A DNA stretch of 64,000 nt from Candidatus Magasanikiibacteriota bacterium (GTDB lineage Bacteria > Patescibacteriota > Patescibacteriia > Magasanikbacterales > UBA922), in contig DOYU01000010.1 in NCBI GenBank assembly GCA_003518365.1, forward strand, positions 1,938 to 65,937, read 5' to 3'. Below the pieces are notes generated by a model. It was not told the origin of the DNA. It searched no databases and saw only the letters and a list, made by a program, of their open reading frames with translations. Positions 56,682 to 64,000 of the stretch are shown one piece after another; position 1 is the stretch's first letter, and every line of letters begins with the position of its first letter. The position numbers and the translations under genes were made by a program.

Positions 56682-58469
56682 ATGACTATGACAATGCAAA
56701 ACGAAAATGAATCGATGCGAGCCGTAGGATATGCCCGTGTCTCCTCCAAGGATCAAGAGGACACTGGATACTCACTACCGGCTCAAGAAAAACTTCTACA
56801 CGATTATGCCGACAGAAACGGTTTTGATCTGGTAAAAGTTTTTGCTATTCAAGAATCGGCGGCCGGAAAAATCCAACGAAAGATATTCCACGAGATGTTG
56901 GACTATGTGACCAAAGCCAAGATCAATACGATCTTCGTGGAAACCACCGACCGTTTAACCCGTAACTTCGCTGATGTGCCGATAATTGACGAATGGATAC
57001 TGGCGGATGAAAAGCACACCATTCATCTGGTAAAAGAAGGCTGTACCTTACACAAAGACTCCAAGTCCCACGAATGGTTTATGTGGCGAGTCAAAGTGGC
57101 TACGGCCGAATATTATATCCGACTCCTTTCCGAGAATGTGAAAAAGGGGCAGAAAGAAAAATTGGCTCAAGGCTGGCTACCAAGCAAACCGCCACTGGGA
57201 TACCAGACCACTGGCGAGAAAGGACACAAAATCCATATCATTGATCCGGACAAATCGCCACTGGTCAAAAAGATGTTTGACCTTTACGCCTCCAATCGCT
57301 ACTCAACCAAAAAGCTGGCCGATGAAATGCATAAGCTTGGCATGCGGTCTCGAGGAGGAAATAAAGTCAGTCATTCAAGAGTCCACCAACTACTGGGCGA
57401 TCCGTTTTATTATGGAATGAATCGCTGGAACGGCAAAGTCGCTCAAGGCGGACACGAACCGCTGATAACCAAAGAATTATTCATGCGATGCCAAGACATA
57501 ATGCATAGCAACGGTACGCCGAAATACAACAAGCACAATCCGTTATTTAAAAATGTCTTCCACTGTGAGGAATGCAAAGGCCGGATAACTTGGGAGATAC
57601 AAAAAGGCCACTGGTATGGCCACTGCAACCATTATAAAAACTGCCAGCAAAAGGAATGGGTCAAACAAGAGAACATTGACCTGCAAGTAATGGAAAATAT
57701 CGAGCATTTAAGCTCAAAGCACAACGAGGCCATAGAGAATATGCTCACTTGGGTCCAAGAGGCACTCAAAGAAAGCCACGGCGAGGAGATAGAATTCCGA
57801 CAAAAGGCCACTGGCGAACTTGAGCGACGCTACCAAGTCGCCACGCAAAGACTGGATAAGATATACGATGACAAGATAGACGGCAAGATCAGCGAGGACT
57901 TCTACCAGAAAAAGTACCAGCAGTACAAAATTGAACAAGAGGAAGTGTTGGACGGACTGAATAAGCACAAAAATGCCAACCTCAAGTATTACGATATGGG
58001 GTCAACCTTTTTACAAATGGCCAAAGAGGCAAGGAGAATTTATTTGAACCGAAGCACGATTGAAATGGTCGACGACAAGAAACAACTTTTGTCCCTTTTA
58101 TTTTCGAACCCTATAATAAATGGCAAGAAAGTTGAGATTTCATACCAGAAAGCCTTCAAAATGGTATTTGAACGAGTATCACAGATGTTGGGAGAAAATA
58201 CAGACGAAAATACAACATTCGAACCGCTGAAAAAGCCCGTAGATAAAGAGAAAAGCAGAGCTTTTGGCTCTGCTCATCCCATATGGCTCGACGGGTGGGA
58301 CTCGAACCCACGACCAATTGGTTACACGTCATCCACAATTTTCATTGCGGCGTGGACTATATCATCACCCTCGCCTATTTCCGATCATGTCGGAATCGTT
58401 AGGGTGCGAAGCGCTTCCCCTGCATCAAATATGTTCGAACAAGGTACTCCCCGAAGGGATAGTCTCTGA
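56682..58469 (+). CDS. large serine recombinase (resolvase/invertase N-domain + recombinase domain + zinc ribbon)
   Basis: Catalytic Ser region GYARVSSKDQ; zinc ribbon CEECKGR...HCNHYKNC; the last ~60 codons are antisense to the tRNA-Asn 3' exon and intron. Confidence 0.8.
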   Translation: MTMTMQNENESMRAVGYARVSSKDQEDTGYSLPAQEKLLHDYADRNGFDLVKVFAIQESAAGKIQRKIFHEMLDYVTKAKINTIFVETTDRLTRNFADVPIIDEWILADEKHTIHLVKEGCTLHKDSKSHEWFMWRVKVATAEYYIRLLSENVKKGQKEKLAQGWLPSKPPLGYQTTGEKGHKIHIIDPDKSPLVKKMFDLYASNRYSTKKLADEMHKLGMRSRGGNKVSHSRVHQLLGDPFYYGMNRWNGKVAQGGHEPLITKELFMRCQDIMHSNGTPKYNKHNPLFKNVFHCEECKGRITWEIQKGHWYGHCNHYKNCQQKEWVKQENIDLQVMENIEHLSSKHNEAIENMLTWVQEALKESHGEEIEFRQKATGELERRYQVATQRLDKIYDDKIDGKISEDFYQKKYQQYKIEQEEVLDGLNKHKNANLKYYDMGSTFLQMAKEARRIYLNRSTIEMVDDKKQLLSLLFSNPIINGKKVEISYQKAFKMVFERVSQMLGENTDENTTFEPLKKPVDKEKSRAFGSAHPIWLDGWDSNPRPIGYTSSTIFIAAWTISSPSPISDHVGIVRVRSASPASNMFEQGTPRRDSL

Positions 58470-58713
58470 ACCTTTTTCCATGTATGGACGCACATACGTT
58501 TCTCTCTCAAGGAGAGTGCTCTTATGCACACCTATATAATCATACCTGAAAACTTGGCTGCGAATTGCCATACAGATCCACAAGGGATCTGCGAAGGGTT
58601 CTCGCAATTCACTTCGTTGGCATCCTTCTGTTTCTAGAAGGAGCTGCTAGTGCGCCTAGATTGCTCTATACGTCTATTTACAGCCAACTGCTCTACCGCT
58701 GAGCTACCGTCGA
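58284..58713 (-). tRNA. tRNA-Asn(GTT) interrupted by a group I intron in the anticodon loop (exons 58680..58713 and 58284..58324)
   Basis: 5' exon TCGACGGTAGCTCAGCGGTAGAGCAGTTGGCTGT; 3' exon TAACCAATTGGTCGTGGGTTCGAGTCCCACCCGTCGAGCCA; acceptor, D, anticodon and T stems pair; spliced anticodon loop CUGUUAA. Confidence 0.7.
58325..58679 (-). ncRNA. group I self-splicing intron (355 nt) within tRNA-Asn
   Basis: Conserved group I core R element GTTCAGAGACTA (plus 58460..58471) and S element GATATAGTCC (plus 58354..58363) forming P7; 5' exon ends in U, intron ends in G; internal guide GCAGCU can pair with exon end GGCUGU. Confidence 0.7.
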
Positions 58714-58769
58714 ATATGTTGTAATCGAGCATAGTGTACTCGACTTGTGTGAGCCTGTAAAGACTCTTG

Positions 58770-58840
58770 TTCGGGGACAGGGATTCGAACCCCGATAGTC
58801 AGGATCAAAACCTGAAGTCCTACCTTTAGACGATCCCCGA
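58770..58840 (-). tRNA. tRNA-Gln(TTG)
   Basis: Cloverleaf: acceptor TCGGGGA/TCCCCGA, anticodon loop TTTTGAT, T-loop TTCGAAT; 71 nt, no encoded CCA. Confidence 0.75.
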
Positions 58841-59000
58841 ATGTTTGATTATATTGGCTTTTTCTTCTCTCCCAAAGCCAGTCTTTACATACAATTCACT
58901 TCTTCAAAAGAAACGAATTTTTCACTGTGAATTATTCGTAAAGGCCGAAATACCTTTGTAGATTTTGTTTTTCCAGATTGATGATCCTTGAAACGCTGCG

Positions 59001-59909
59001 TCAAGTCTTCAAATAACGACGCATTGCAATCATACTGGATATCAAGGTGAGAAAAAAGACAATTCCAAACTGGATACCAGCGAGTGAGAGTATATGCGAA
59101 AAATAGTAATTTGTCAAGAATTTTGGATCTCCTAAAATTACCCCCAAATATGGGTCAAGTATCCCCGTTGCACCGTATACCAAAAGAACGGCTATCCCTA
59201 CGCTTAGGATACTAAAGAGAATAGACTCAACAATATAGGGTCCTTGGACAAACCAGTTGGTTGCTCCCACGAGTTTTTTGATACTGATTTCAATACGCTG
59301 TGTATAAATTGCGACGCGAATCGTATTAAAAATGATGAGAAATGCAATAATGGCAAAAAAAGCAGTAAGAGCAAACGAAAAATGCTCTACATTTTTTGTA
59401 ATGACATCAATTTTTTGAATTGCGCCCTGAGTATCCGTAAATGTCTTTGATTCAACAATAGTTTCATATTCCGGCACACTCAGATCATCAATAACCGTCA
59501 CATAATCTGCAGGGTCCTTTGTTTTTACAACAATAGTTGCACCAAGTGGATTCTCCGCGAGCTCTTCAAGAGAGGCTAAAATATTTTCATTATCCTTGTA
59601 CAGATTTTTAAAATTTTGTAACACTTCATCCTGAGATAAAAAGGTAGCGTGAGTGACTTGTGGAAGTGATGCAATGTATGTGTACACTTCATCTATTTCA
59701 TCAGCAGTTGCCTCAGGTGAAAGATAAATACTTACATCTATCTGCTCACGAATAGACGTTGTTGCCTCATTGGTCACGAGCCTGATAAAGAGGAGCGTAT
59801 TGACCGACAACAACATCAAAACAAGTACAAAAATTGTCATAAAAGACAATCCTATATTTCGTACAATATCTTGCAATGCAAAGCTAACAATGCGTAAAAA
59901 AGAATACAT
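59001..59909 (-). CDS. ftsX: cell division permease FtsX
   Basis: Four-TM topology with large periplasmic loop; adjacent to ftsE. Confidence 0.8.
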   Translation of the reverse strand: MYSFLRIVSFALQDIVRNIGLSFMTIFVLVLMLLSVNTLLFIRLVTNEATTSIREQIDVSIYLSPEATADEIDEVYTYIASLPQVTHATFLSQDEVLQNFKNLYKDNENILASLEELAENPLGATIVVKTKDPADYVTVIDDLSVPEYETIVESKTFTDTQGAIQKIDVITKNVEHFSFALTAFFAIIAFLIIFNTIRVAIYTQRIEISIKKLVGATNWFVQGPYIVESILFSILSVGIAVLLVYGATGILDPYLGVILGDPKFLTNYYFSHILSLAGIQFGIVFFLTLISSMIAMRRYLKT

Positions 59910-59911
59910 AG

Positions 59912-60607
59912 CTATTGGGCAGTAGCGCTAAGATGATATTTTCCATGTTTTTCATCTGAGATGATTTTTCCATCTTGCAATACCACGACACGTTTTCTAA
60001 GTTGATTTACAATATCTCGATTGTGCGTGACAAGTACAATCGTAGTCCCAAATTCATTAATTTTTTTCAAAATTTCCATGATCTCTTGAGTATTGATACT
60101 GTCAAGATTACCGGTAGGTTCATCTGCCACAATAATCTTTGGTCGATGTACCAGTGAACGAGCAATAACGACGCGCTGTTGTTCTCCACCGGAGAGCTGG
60201 TGTGGATATCTGTCCATTTTGTGTTTCAAACCCACAATCTCAACCACACGAGGAACGATATCCCGAATACGTTTGTATGGCTCCCCTGCCACTTGCAAGG
60301 CAAACGCAACATTTTCTTGTACTGTTTTTTTTGAAAGTAACTTAAAATCTTGAAAAATAACTCCTATCTGACGACGAAGTAACGGAATATCTGCCTGACG
60401 AATACGAGAAATATCCCATCCACCTATTTCAATCGTTCCGCTAGTCGGTTTTTCTTCTGCAATAAGCAATTTGATGAGTGTTGTCTTGCCAGTACCACTT
60501 TGTCCTACGATTGAGACAAATTCCCCTGCATCAATAGTCAAGTCAACATCAGCAAGACCGATACTATCAGCGGTATATTGTTTTGACACTGATTTCAGAT
60601 GAATCAT
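59912..60607 (-). CDS. ftsE: cell division ATP-binding protein FtsE
   Basis: ABC motifs [27 protein letters not shown]; start at MIHLKSV. Confidence 0.85.
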   Translation of the reverse strand: MIHLKSVSKQYTADSIGLADVDLTIDAGEFVSIVGQSGTGKTTLIKLLIAEEKPTSGTIEIGGWDISRIRQADIPLLRRQIGVIFQDFKLLSKKTVQENVAFALQVAGEPYKRIRDIVPRVVEIVGLKHKMDRYPHQLSGGEQQRVVIARSLVHRPKIIVADEPTGNLDSINTQEIMEILKKINEFGTTIVLVTHNRDIVNQLRKRVVVLQDGKIISDEKHGKYHLSATAQ

Positions 60608-60672
60608 ACGAAGATCAGTATACCATACTTTATTTTTAAGCAGTAGATTTGCTGTGGGTGGATGAAGAAATA

Positions 60673-60700
60673 TTGACAAAAAAAAATGTTCATGTACAAT
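60673..60700 (+). promoter_or_regulatory. sigma70-like promoter TTGACA-N16-TACAAT
   Basis: Consensus hexamers upstream of the small GC-rich ORF; divergent from ftsE. Confidence 0.55.
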
Positions 60701-60726
60701 TTTTAAGCTCATGTCAAGGAGGAGCG

Positions 60727-61014
60727 ATGTCATTTCAAGGGTGGATCGAACGAAAATACGGCAGTGCAAAACGAGGGCGCACCCAGAAGCTCGAAGTGCC
60801 AAGAAGTGTTCAAACGACGTGTCCTCATTGCCACAAGCTGATGACGCTCGTGGGTATCAAGAGGGAACGAGGGAAGAATGCCTTGCCAGTGGTCGTCCAC
60901 ATAGGCATCAACGATGATTGCTCTGCCATCGTAGCCACCAAACGACCCGATCACGGGATGTGGGGATACTTCATCGTCATCGATGAGCTGCGCGATTCTG
61001 CGCCTACGACCTGA
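60727..61014 (+). CDS. hypothetical small protein (95 aa) with CxxC pair, GC-rich
   Basis: RBS AGGAGG 6 nt upstream of ATG 60727; CPHCHK motif; followed by a strong terminator; GC content above background. Confidence 0.5.
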   Translation: MSFQGWIERKYGSAKRGRTQKLEVPRSVQTTCPHCHKLMTLVGIKRERGKNALPVVVHIGINDDCSAIVATKRPDHGMWGYFIVIDELRDSAPTT

Positions 61015-61032
61015 CCGATCGCCAGAGCAACA

Positions 61033-61080
61033 AAGCCCCCGGTTTGCGAAATGCGCGAACCGGGGGCTTCTTCAATTTTT
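61033..61080 (+). terminator. rho-independent terminator (aagcccccggtt...aaccgggggctt + T-run)
   Basis: 12-bp perfect stem followed by cttcaattttt. Confidence 0.7.
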
Positions 61081-61091
61081 ATTGTTTTCTG

Positions 61092-61164
61092 AGCCACCTC
61101 GGGGAGTCGAACCCCGGACCTATTCGTTACGAGTGAATTGCTCTACCAACTGAGCTAAGGCGGC
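61092..61164 (-). tRNA. tRNA-Thr(CGT)
   Basis: Cloverleaf: GCCGCCT acceptor (one G-U), D-arm TAGCTCAGTTGGTAGAGC, anticodon loop CTCGTAA, T-loop TTCGACT. Confidence 0.7.
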
Positions 61165-61222
61165 ATGTGAATTGCCGCAGTATTCTAACTCAAAACGAGG
61201 GAGCATGTCAATCTATAGATCC

Positions 61223-61642
61223 TCAGGCAGATGCTTGATGTGATGTACCATACACCACATCCTCAGCCACCCATTCATCCATTTTTTGCTCTACAAATTT
61301 TACAGCATTAGTGATATCCCTCTGAACCATCAACGCGTCATAGATGTATGATAACTCCCCGCCACTTGGAATAAACTGCTGTCGGAATCGATTACTAAAC
61401 TCTCCAAAGAAAAAATCTTCTGGTTTTTTGTAACGTGTCATGAGATATTCAATGGCAATCATTTGAATCAACATGATCACTTGATCATCTCTATGTGGGT
61501 CCTCACTCCGAACCACTGTCTTCAATTTTGCGATTGCCTCACTTCTATAATCTTTTTCTTCACTGTGATGTGCATCGAATTCTCCAAAAGAATGTTCTTC
61601 TGTGTGGTGGCGTCCTCCACTTATAGTGTCACCAGTAACCAT
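61223..61642 (-). CDS. hypothetical protein
   Basis: 139-aa ORF; His-rich N-terminus. Confidence 0.4.
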   Translation of the reverse strand: MVTGDTISGGRHHTEEHSFGEFDAHHSEEKDYRSEAIAKLKTVVRSEDPHRDDQVIMLIQMIAIEYLMTRYKKPEDFFFGEFSNRFRQQFIPSGGELSYIYDALMVQRDITNAVKFVEQKMDEWVAEDVVYGTSHQASA

Positions 61643-61669
61643 AGGAGTATGGTTAAAAATAAAAATCGA

Positions 61670-62731
61670 TTATGTTGTTTGTTCTGGCGTACTGTCGATG
61701 TTTGTCGTTACATTATCTGTAGCGCTATCGGCTACAGCAAAAGGATTTGCTATGTCACTATAAATTTTCACGTCAGCTGCTTTGAGCTGGTCTTGAAAAA
61801 ATGCTGCAAAATCGTTGATAGTTTTGACATCATCTACTTGTACAATATGAATACCAAATTGGGTTTCAACAACTCCGTCATACAATTCTCCAGCAGACAT
61901 AGCAAAAATGACATCTTCAAATTCAGGAATGGTAGTTCCACGATCAATCCACCCTAGATCTCCACCTGTTTCAGATGTTCCATCACTACCAAATTCTGCA
62001 GCAAGTGAGGCAAAATCTTCTCCATCTTTAATACGCTGCAACACTTTTCCTGCCTGTGCCTTTACTTCATCTATAGGATGTTCATCATCTACGGTAAAAA
62101 GAATGTGGCGTGCCTTTACCTGTGTTGCCTTATAGGTATCACCAACAGTAGTATCTTGTTCAAATGCCTCTCCAACCTTTTGTTCTACCACAATTGGATT
62201 GATCACACGTTCAGTAAATGTCTGCAACGACCATCCAAAAGTCTTTTGTACTTCTTGTGCTGCGGTTTCTTCATCTGGAAATTGTGAAAGAAGTTCGGAC
62301 TTTGCAACATCAACATCGCTCTGATCCACAGTGACATTGTATTTCTTTGCGTATTCGTTTATCAATGCATTGATCAACAATCTACTAATAACCTGCTGCG
62401 ATATATCTGTATCTGTGACAGCAGTTGCTCCTTGATCTTGTTGAGAATAAAAATTTTTGAGAGATGAAAAATCTGTCATGAAATCATGATACGACACACG
62501 ATGTCCATTAATTTTTGCAATAGGAATATTGAACACCTGTGCACTCGCCAACACAAAGGATGAATCAGACAATGCTGCCACACGCGTTTTTGTGTACATA
62601 AACACACCTGCACCTGCGACGAGGACAACAACAAGCAACCCAGCAAAAAATAATCCTATCATATTCTTCTTTTGGGGCTGCGTGGTCAGAATTTGTTCTT
62701 GTTCTTCTTTTTGTGGCTCCATAGATTCCAT
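61670..62731 (-). CDS. parvulin-type peptidyl-prolyl isomerase (PrsA/SurA-like) with N-terminal TM anchor
   Basis: PpiC domain KARHILF...GDLGWIDRG...FGIHIV; N-terminal TM. Confidence 0.7.
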   Translation of the reverse strand: MESMEPQKEEQEQILTTQPQKKNMIGLFFAGLLVVVLVAGAGVFMYTKTRVAALSDSSFVLASAQVFNIPIAKINGHRVSYHDFMTDFSSLKNFYSQQDQGATAVTDTDISQQVISRLLINALINEYAKKYNVTVDQSDVDVAKSELLSQFPDEETAAQEVQKTFGWSLQTFTERVINPIVVEQKVGEAFEQDTTVGDTYKATQVKARHILFTVDDEHPIDEVKAQAGKVLQRIKDGEDFASLAAEFGSDGTSETGGDLGWIDRGTTIPEFEDVIFAMSAGELYDGVVETQFGIHIVQVDDVKTINDFAAFFQDQLKAADVKIYSDIANPFAVADSATDNVTTNIDSTPEQTT

Positions 62732-62750
62732 ACAATATTGTATTAGTAAG

Positions 62751-63140
62751 TTATATGTGTGATATGTGCATAATATAGTACCACCATTTTGCTGGATTCT
62801 TCAAGGGGGCAAGATCTTCTATACTAGTAGCATCGTTTACTCCATCGTCTTTGTGAAAAGCGCTATCTTCGGGAAGAGCAATGACATGCTCACCTGGTTT
62901 CTTTAGGTTAAACTCAACACGCGCTTTCTCTTCTACATAATCTGGGCTCGATACATATTTTAACAACTCAAATGATTCAAGTTTTTTTGTTTGCAACTGT
63001 TGCACCTCTTGCTCAAGTTCCTTGATCTCTTGGCGAATAGCATAATCCTGATAATACGCACGAGCATAACTTATTGCAACAAGCACAGCAGTGACAAAAA
63101 GCAGTATCAAAAACAACCGTGACGAAAAAAATCGTCGCAT
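62751..63140 (-). CDS. FtsB/DivIC-family septum formation initiator
   Basis: N-terminal TM followed by coiled coil (IRQEIKELEQEVQQLQTK); start taken at MRRFF. Confidence 0.6.
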   Translation of the reverse strand: MRRFFSSRLFLILLFVTAVLVAISYARAYYQDYAIRQEIKELEQEVQQLQTKKLESFELLKYVSSPDYVEEKARVEFNLKKPGEHVIALPEDSAFHKDDGVNDATSIEDLAPLKNPAKWWYYIMHISHI

Positions 63141-63203
63141 GGAACTATGCTCTTGTTTGTTGTGTTGTGTCATACTGTATTGACAACAGTATAGCACGAA
63201 ATA

Positions 63204-64000
63204 TTACGCGGTGCGACCCTTGAGCGCGTCGCGAGCAATAGTGCGATCATCCCAGGGAATCATATTCCCCCCTGCGACACACATTGCCTGTTCACTCCCC
63301 TTTCCAGTGATCAACACAAGATCCCCTGGCTTGGCTCGACGCACGGCAAGCGTAATTGCTTTTCTTCGATCAATTTCTATAAAAAGATTGCGGCCTTTTC
63401 TTTTGCCAGTCTTTTTTACCGCAGAAGCAACATCCTCAATAATTTCAATAGGATCGTCTTCGTATGGATCCTCATCAGTGACGAAACACATGTCTGCGTG
63501 GTGTCCAATAAATTCTCCGAGCGTAAAGCGCCTCGCTTTATCTCTTCCTCCTCCTGTTGATCCAAATACATGAAGGATCCGTTTTGGCTGTAACAACGCA
63601 ACGACCTCGTACAACTTTTTCATGGCCACAGGCTCGAAGGCATAATCAACAAGTATTTGAAACCCGTGTCCTTCTGCTTCACGAATAAACTCAATTCTTC
63701 CCGGGACATTATGAAAACTGGCGACAGCTTTTTCAATAGTTCCCCAAGAAATATCCATAGCTCGAGCAACCGCCATACACGCAACAATATTTTTGGCATT
63801 GTGTTCACCATACATGGGTGCAAAAAATTCACGCTCATGAACCTTGAAGTGAATCCCTGCTTTGTCAGAAGTAATATCTTCTGCATGCAACCTTTCTTTG
63901 CCATCAAAATATGTCATGGTCTCAAACTGCTTTGATGCAAACTTGGTATATCCCATCACTGATCTATTGATAAACGCAATTTTTGGAATATGTTTTCCTT
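63204..64000 (-). CDS. murE: UDP-N-acetylmuramoyl-tripeptide synthetase MurE, C-terminal part (partial; N-terminus beyond window end)
   Basis: Mur ligase C-terminal motifs VDYAFEP, GSTGGGRDKARR, DEDPYEDDP, GKGSE resembling MurE. Confidence 0.7.
   Translation of the reverse strand, partial: GKHIPKIAFINRSVMGYTKFASKQFETMTYFDGKERLHAEDITSDKAGIHFKVHEREFFAPMYGEHNAKNIVACMAVARAMDISWGTIEKAVASFHNVPGRIEFIREAEGHGFQILVDYAFEPVAMKKLYEVVALLQPKRILHVFGSTGGGRDKARRFTLGEFIGHHADMCFVTDEDPYEDDPIEIIEDVASAVKKTGKRKGRNLFIEIDRRKAITLAVRRAKPGDLVLITGKGSEQAMCVAGGNMIPWDDRTIARDALKGRTA

Larger units (their letters stand above)
46206..58469. mobile_element. putative integrated element / defense island (R-M modules + excisionase-family HTH + large serine recombinase) adjacent to tRNA-Asn/tRNA-Gln; boundaries approximate
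   Basis: Serine recombinase whose 3' end overlaps a tRNA gene, excisionase-family HTH, methyltransferases, GHKL ATPase; GC-richer stretch 54.9-58.3 kb; flanked by housekeeping genes. Confidence 0.5.

Noticed and set aside
58284-58324. The tRNA 3' half as a mere att-site remnant (partial tRNA duplication) of the integrated element
   Set aside because: A matching 5' half with perfectly complementary acceptor stem lies 355 nt away on the same strand. The spacer has group I core motifs, so an intron explanation is more parsimonious. A dual role as att site remains possible.
58284-58713. Alternative readings of the split tRNA as tRNA-Tyr(GTA) or tRNA-Thr(TGT)
   Set aside because: The junction is ambiguous because TGTAA occurs at both boundaries. 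The group I requirements (exon ending in U, intron ending in G) and a P1 pairing between GCAGCU in the intron and GGCUGU at the exon end fit only the CUGU|UAA junction, giving GUU. Tyr would require a class II long variable arm, which is absent.
1-64000. CRISPR arrays, rRNA genes, additional IS elements
   Set aside because: No regularly spaced direct repeats, no rRNA-like conserved stretches and no further transposase-like ORFs were seen by eye.

Overview
**Overall call.** This is a 64-kb window from a low-GC bacterium (about 38–40% GC). The gene content and domain fusions suggest a Patescibacteria/CPR-like organism, but that is inference from composition alone.

**Housekeeping backbone (most of the window).**
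- Helicase and DNA processing: a UvrD-like helicase–nuclease fusion.
- Translation: *proS*, *lysS*, *serS*, *gltX* and a TrmH-family RNA methyltransferase.
- Cell shape and wall: *mreBCD* with *mrdA* (PBP2); a wall cluster of a membrane-anchored MurF-like ligase, a DegT aminotransferase, a FemAB-family protein and FtsQ; an M23 peptidase.
- Stress and transcription: *clpB* preceded by a CIRCE element; two GreA paralogs.
- Metabolism: a eukaryote-type (type II) glutamine synthetase; a *suf* Fe-S assembly operon (Rrf2 regulator, *iscS*, *sufB*, an unknown gene, *sufD*, *sufS*, *sufU*, *sufC*, DUF59) followed by a ferredoxin.
- Window end: *ftsEX*, a PrsA-like isomerase, FtsB and a partial *murE*.

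**Accessory segment (about 46.2–58.5 kb).** I read this as a composite integrated element / defense island. It carries:
- a MORC-like GHKL ATPase with a Dcm cytosine methyltransferase and a tail acidic mini-ORF;
- a putative Type IIS-like module of an unknown 511-aa endonuclease candidate plus two alpha-class N6-adenine methyltransferases, one fused to a RadC-like JAB domain;
- an excisionase-family HTH gene, several hypothetical genes in a GC-richer stretch, and a large serine recombinase.

**tRNA neighbourhood.** The 3' end of the recombinase ORF runs antisense into a tRNA-Asn(GTT) gene. That tRNA is split by a 355-nt group I intron with recognizable R and S core elements, and tRNA-Gln lies next to it.

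**Smaller items.** An IS200-like Y1/HUH transposase (RAYT) is flanked by palindromic REP hairpins, with a third REP variant downstream of *greA*. tRNA-Thr(CGT) and several promoters and terminators are also called. No rRNA or CRISPR array was found.

**Limits.** Everything is read by eye from the sequence and the ORF track. No database searches were run, so family assignments rest on remembered motifs.
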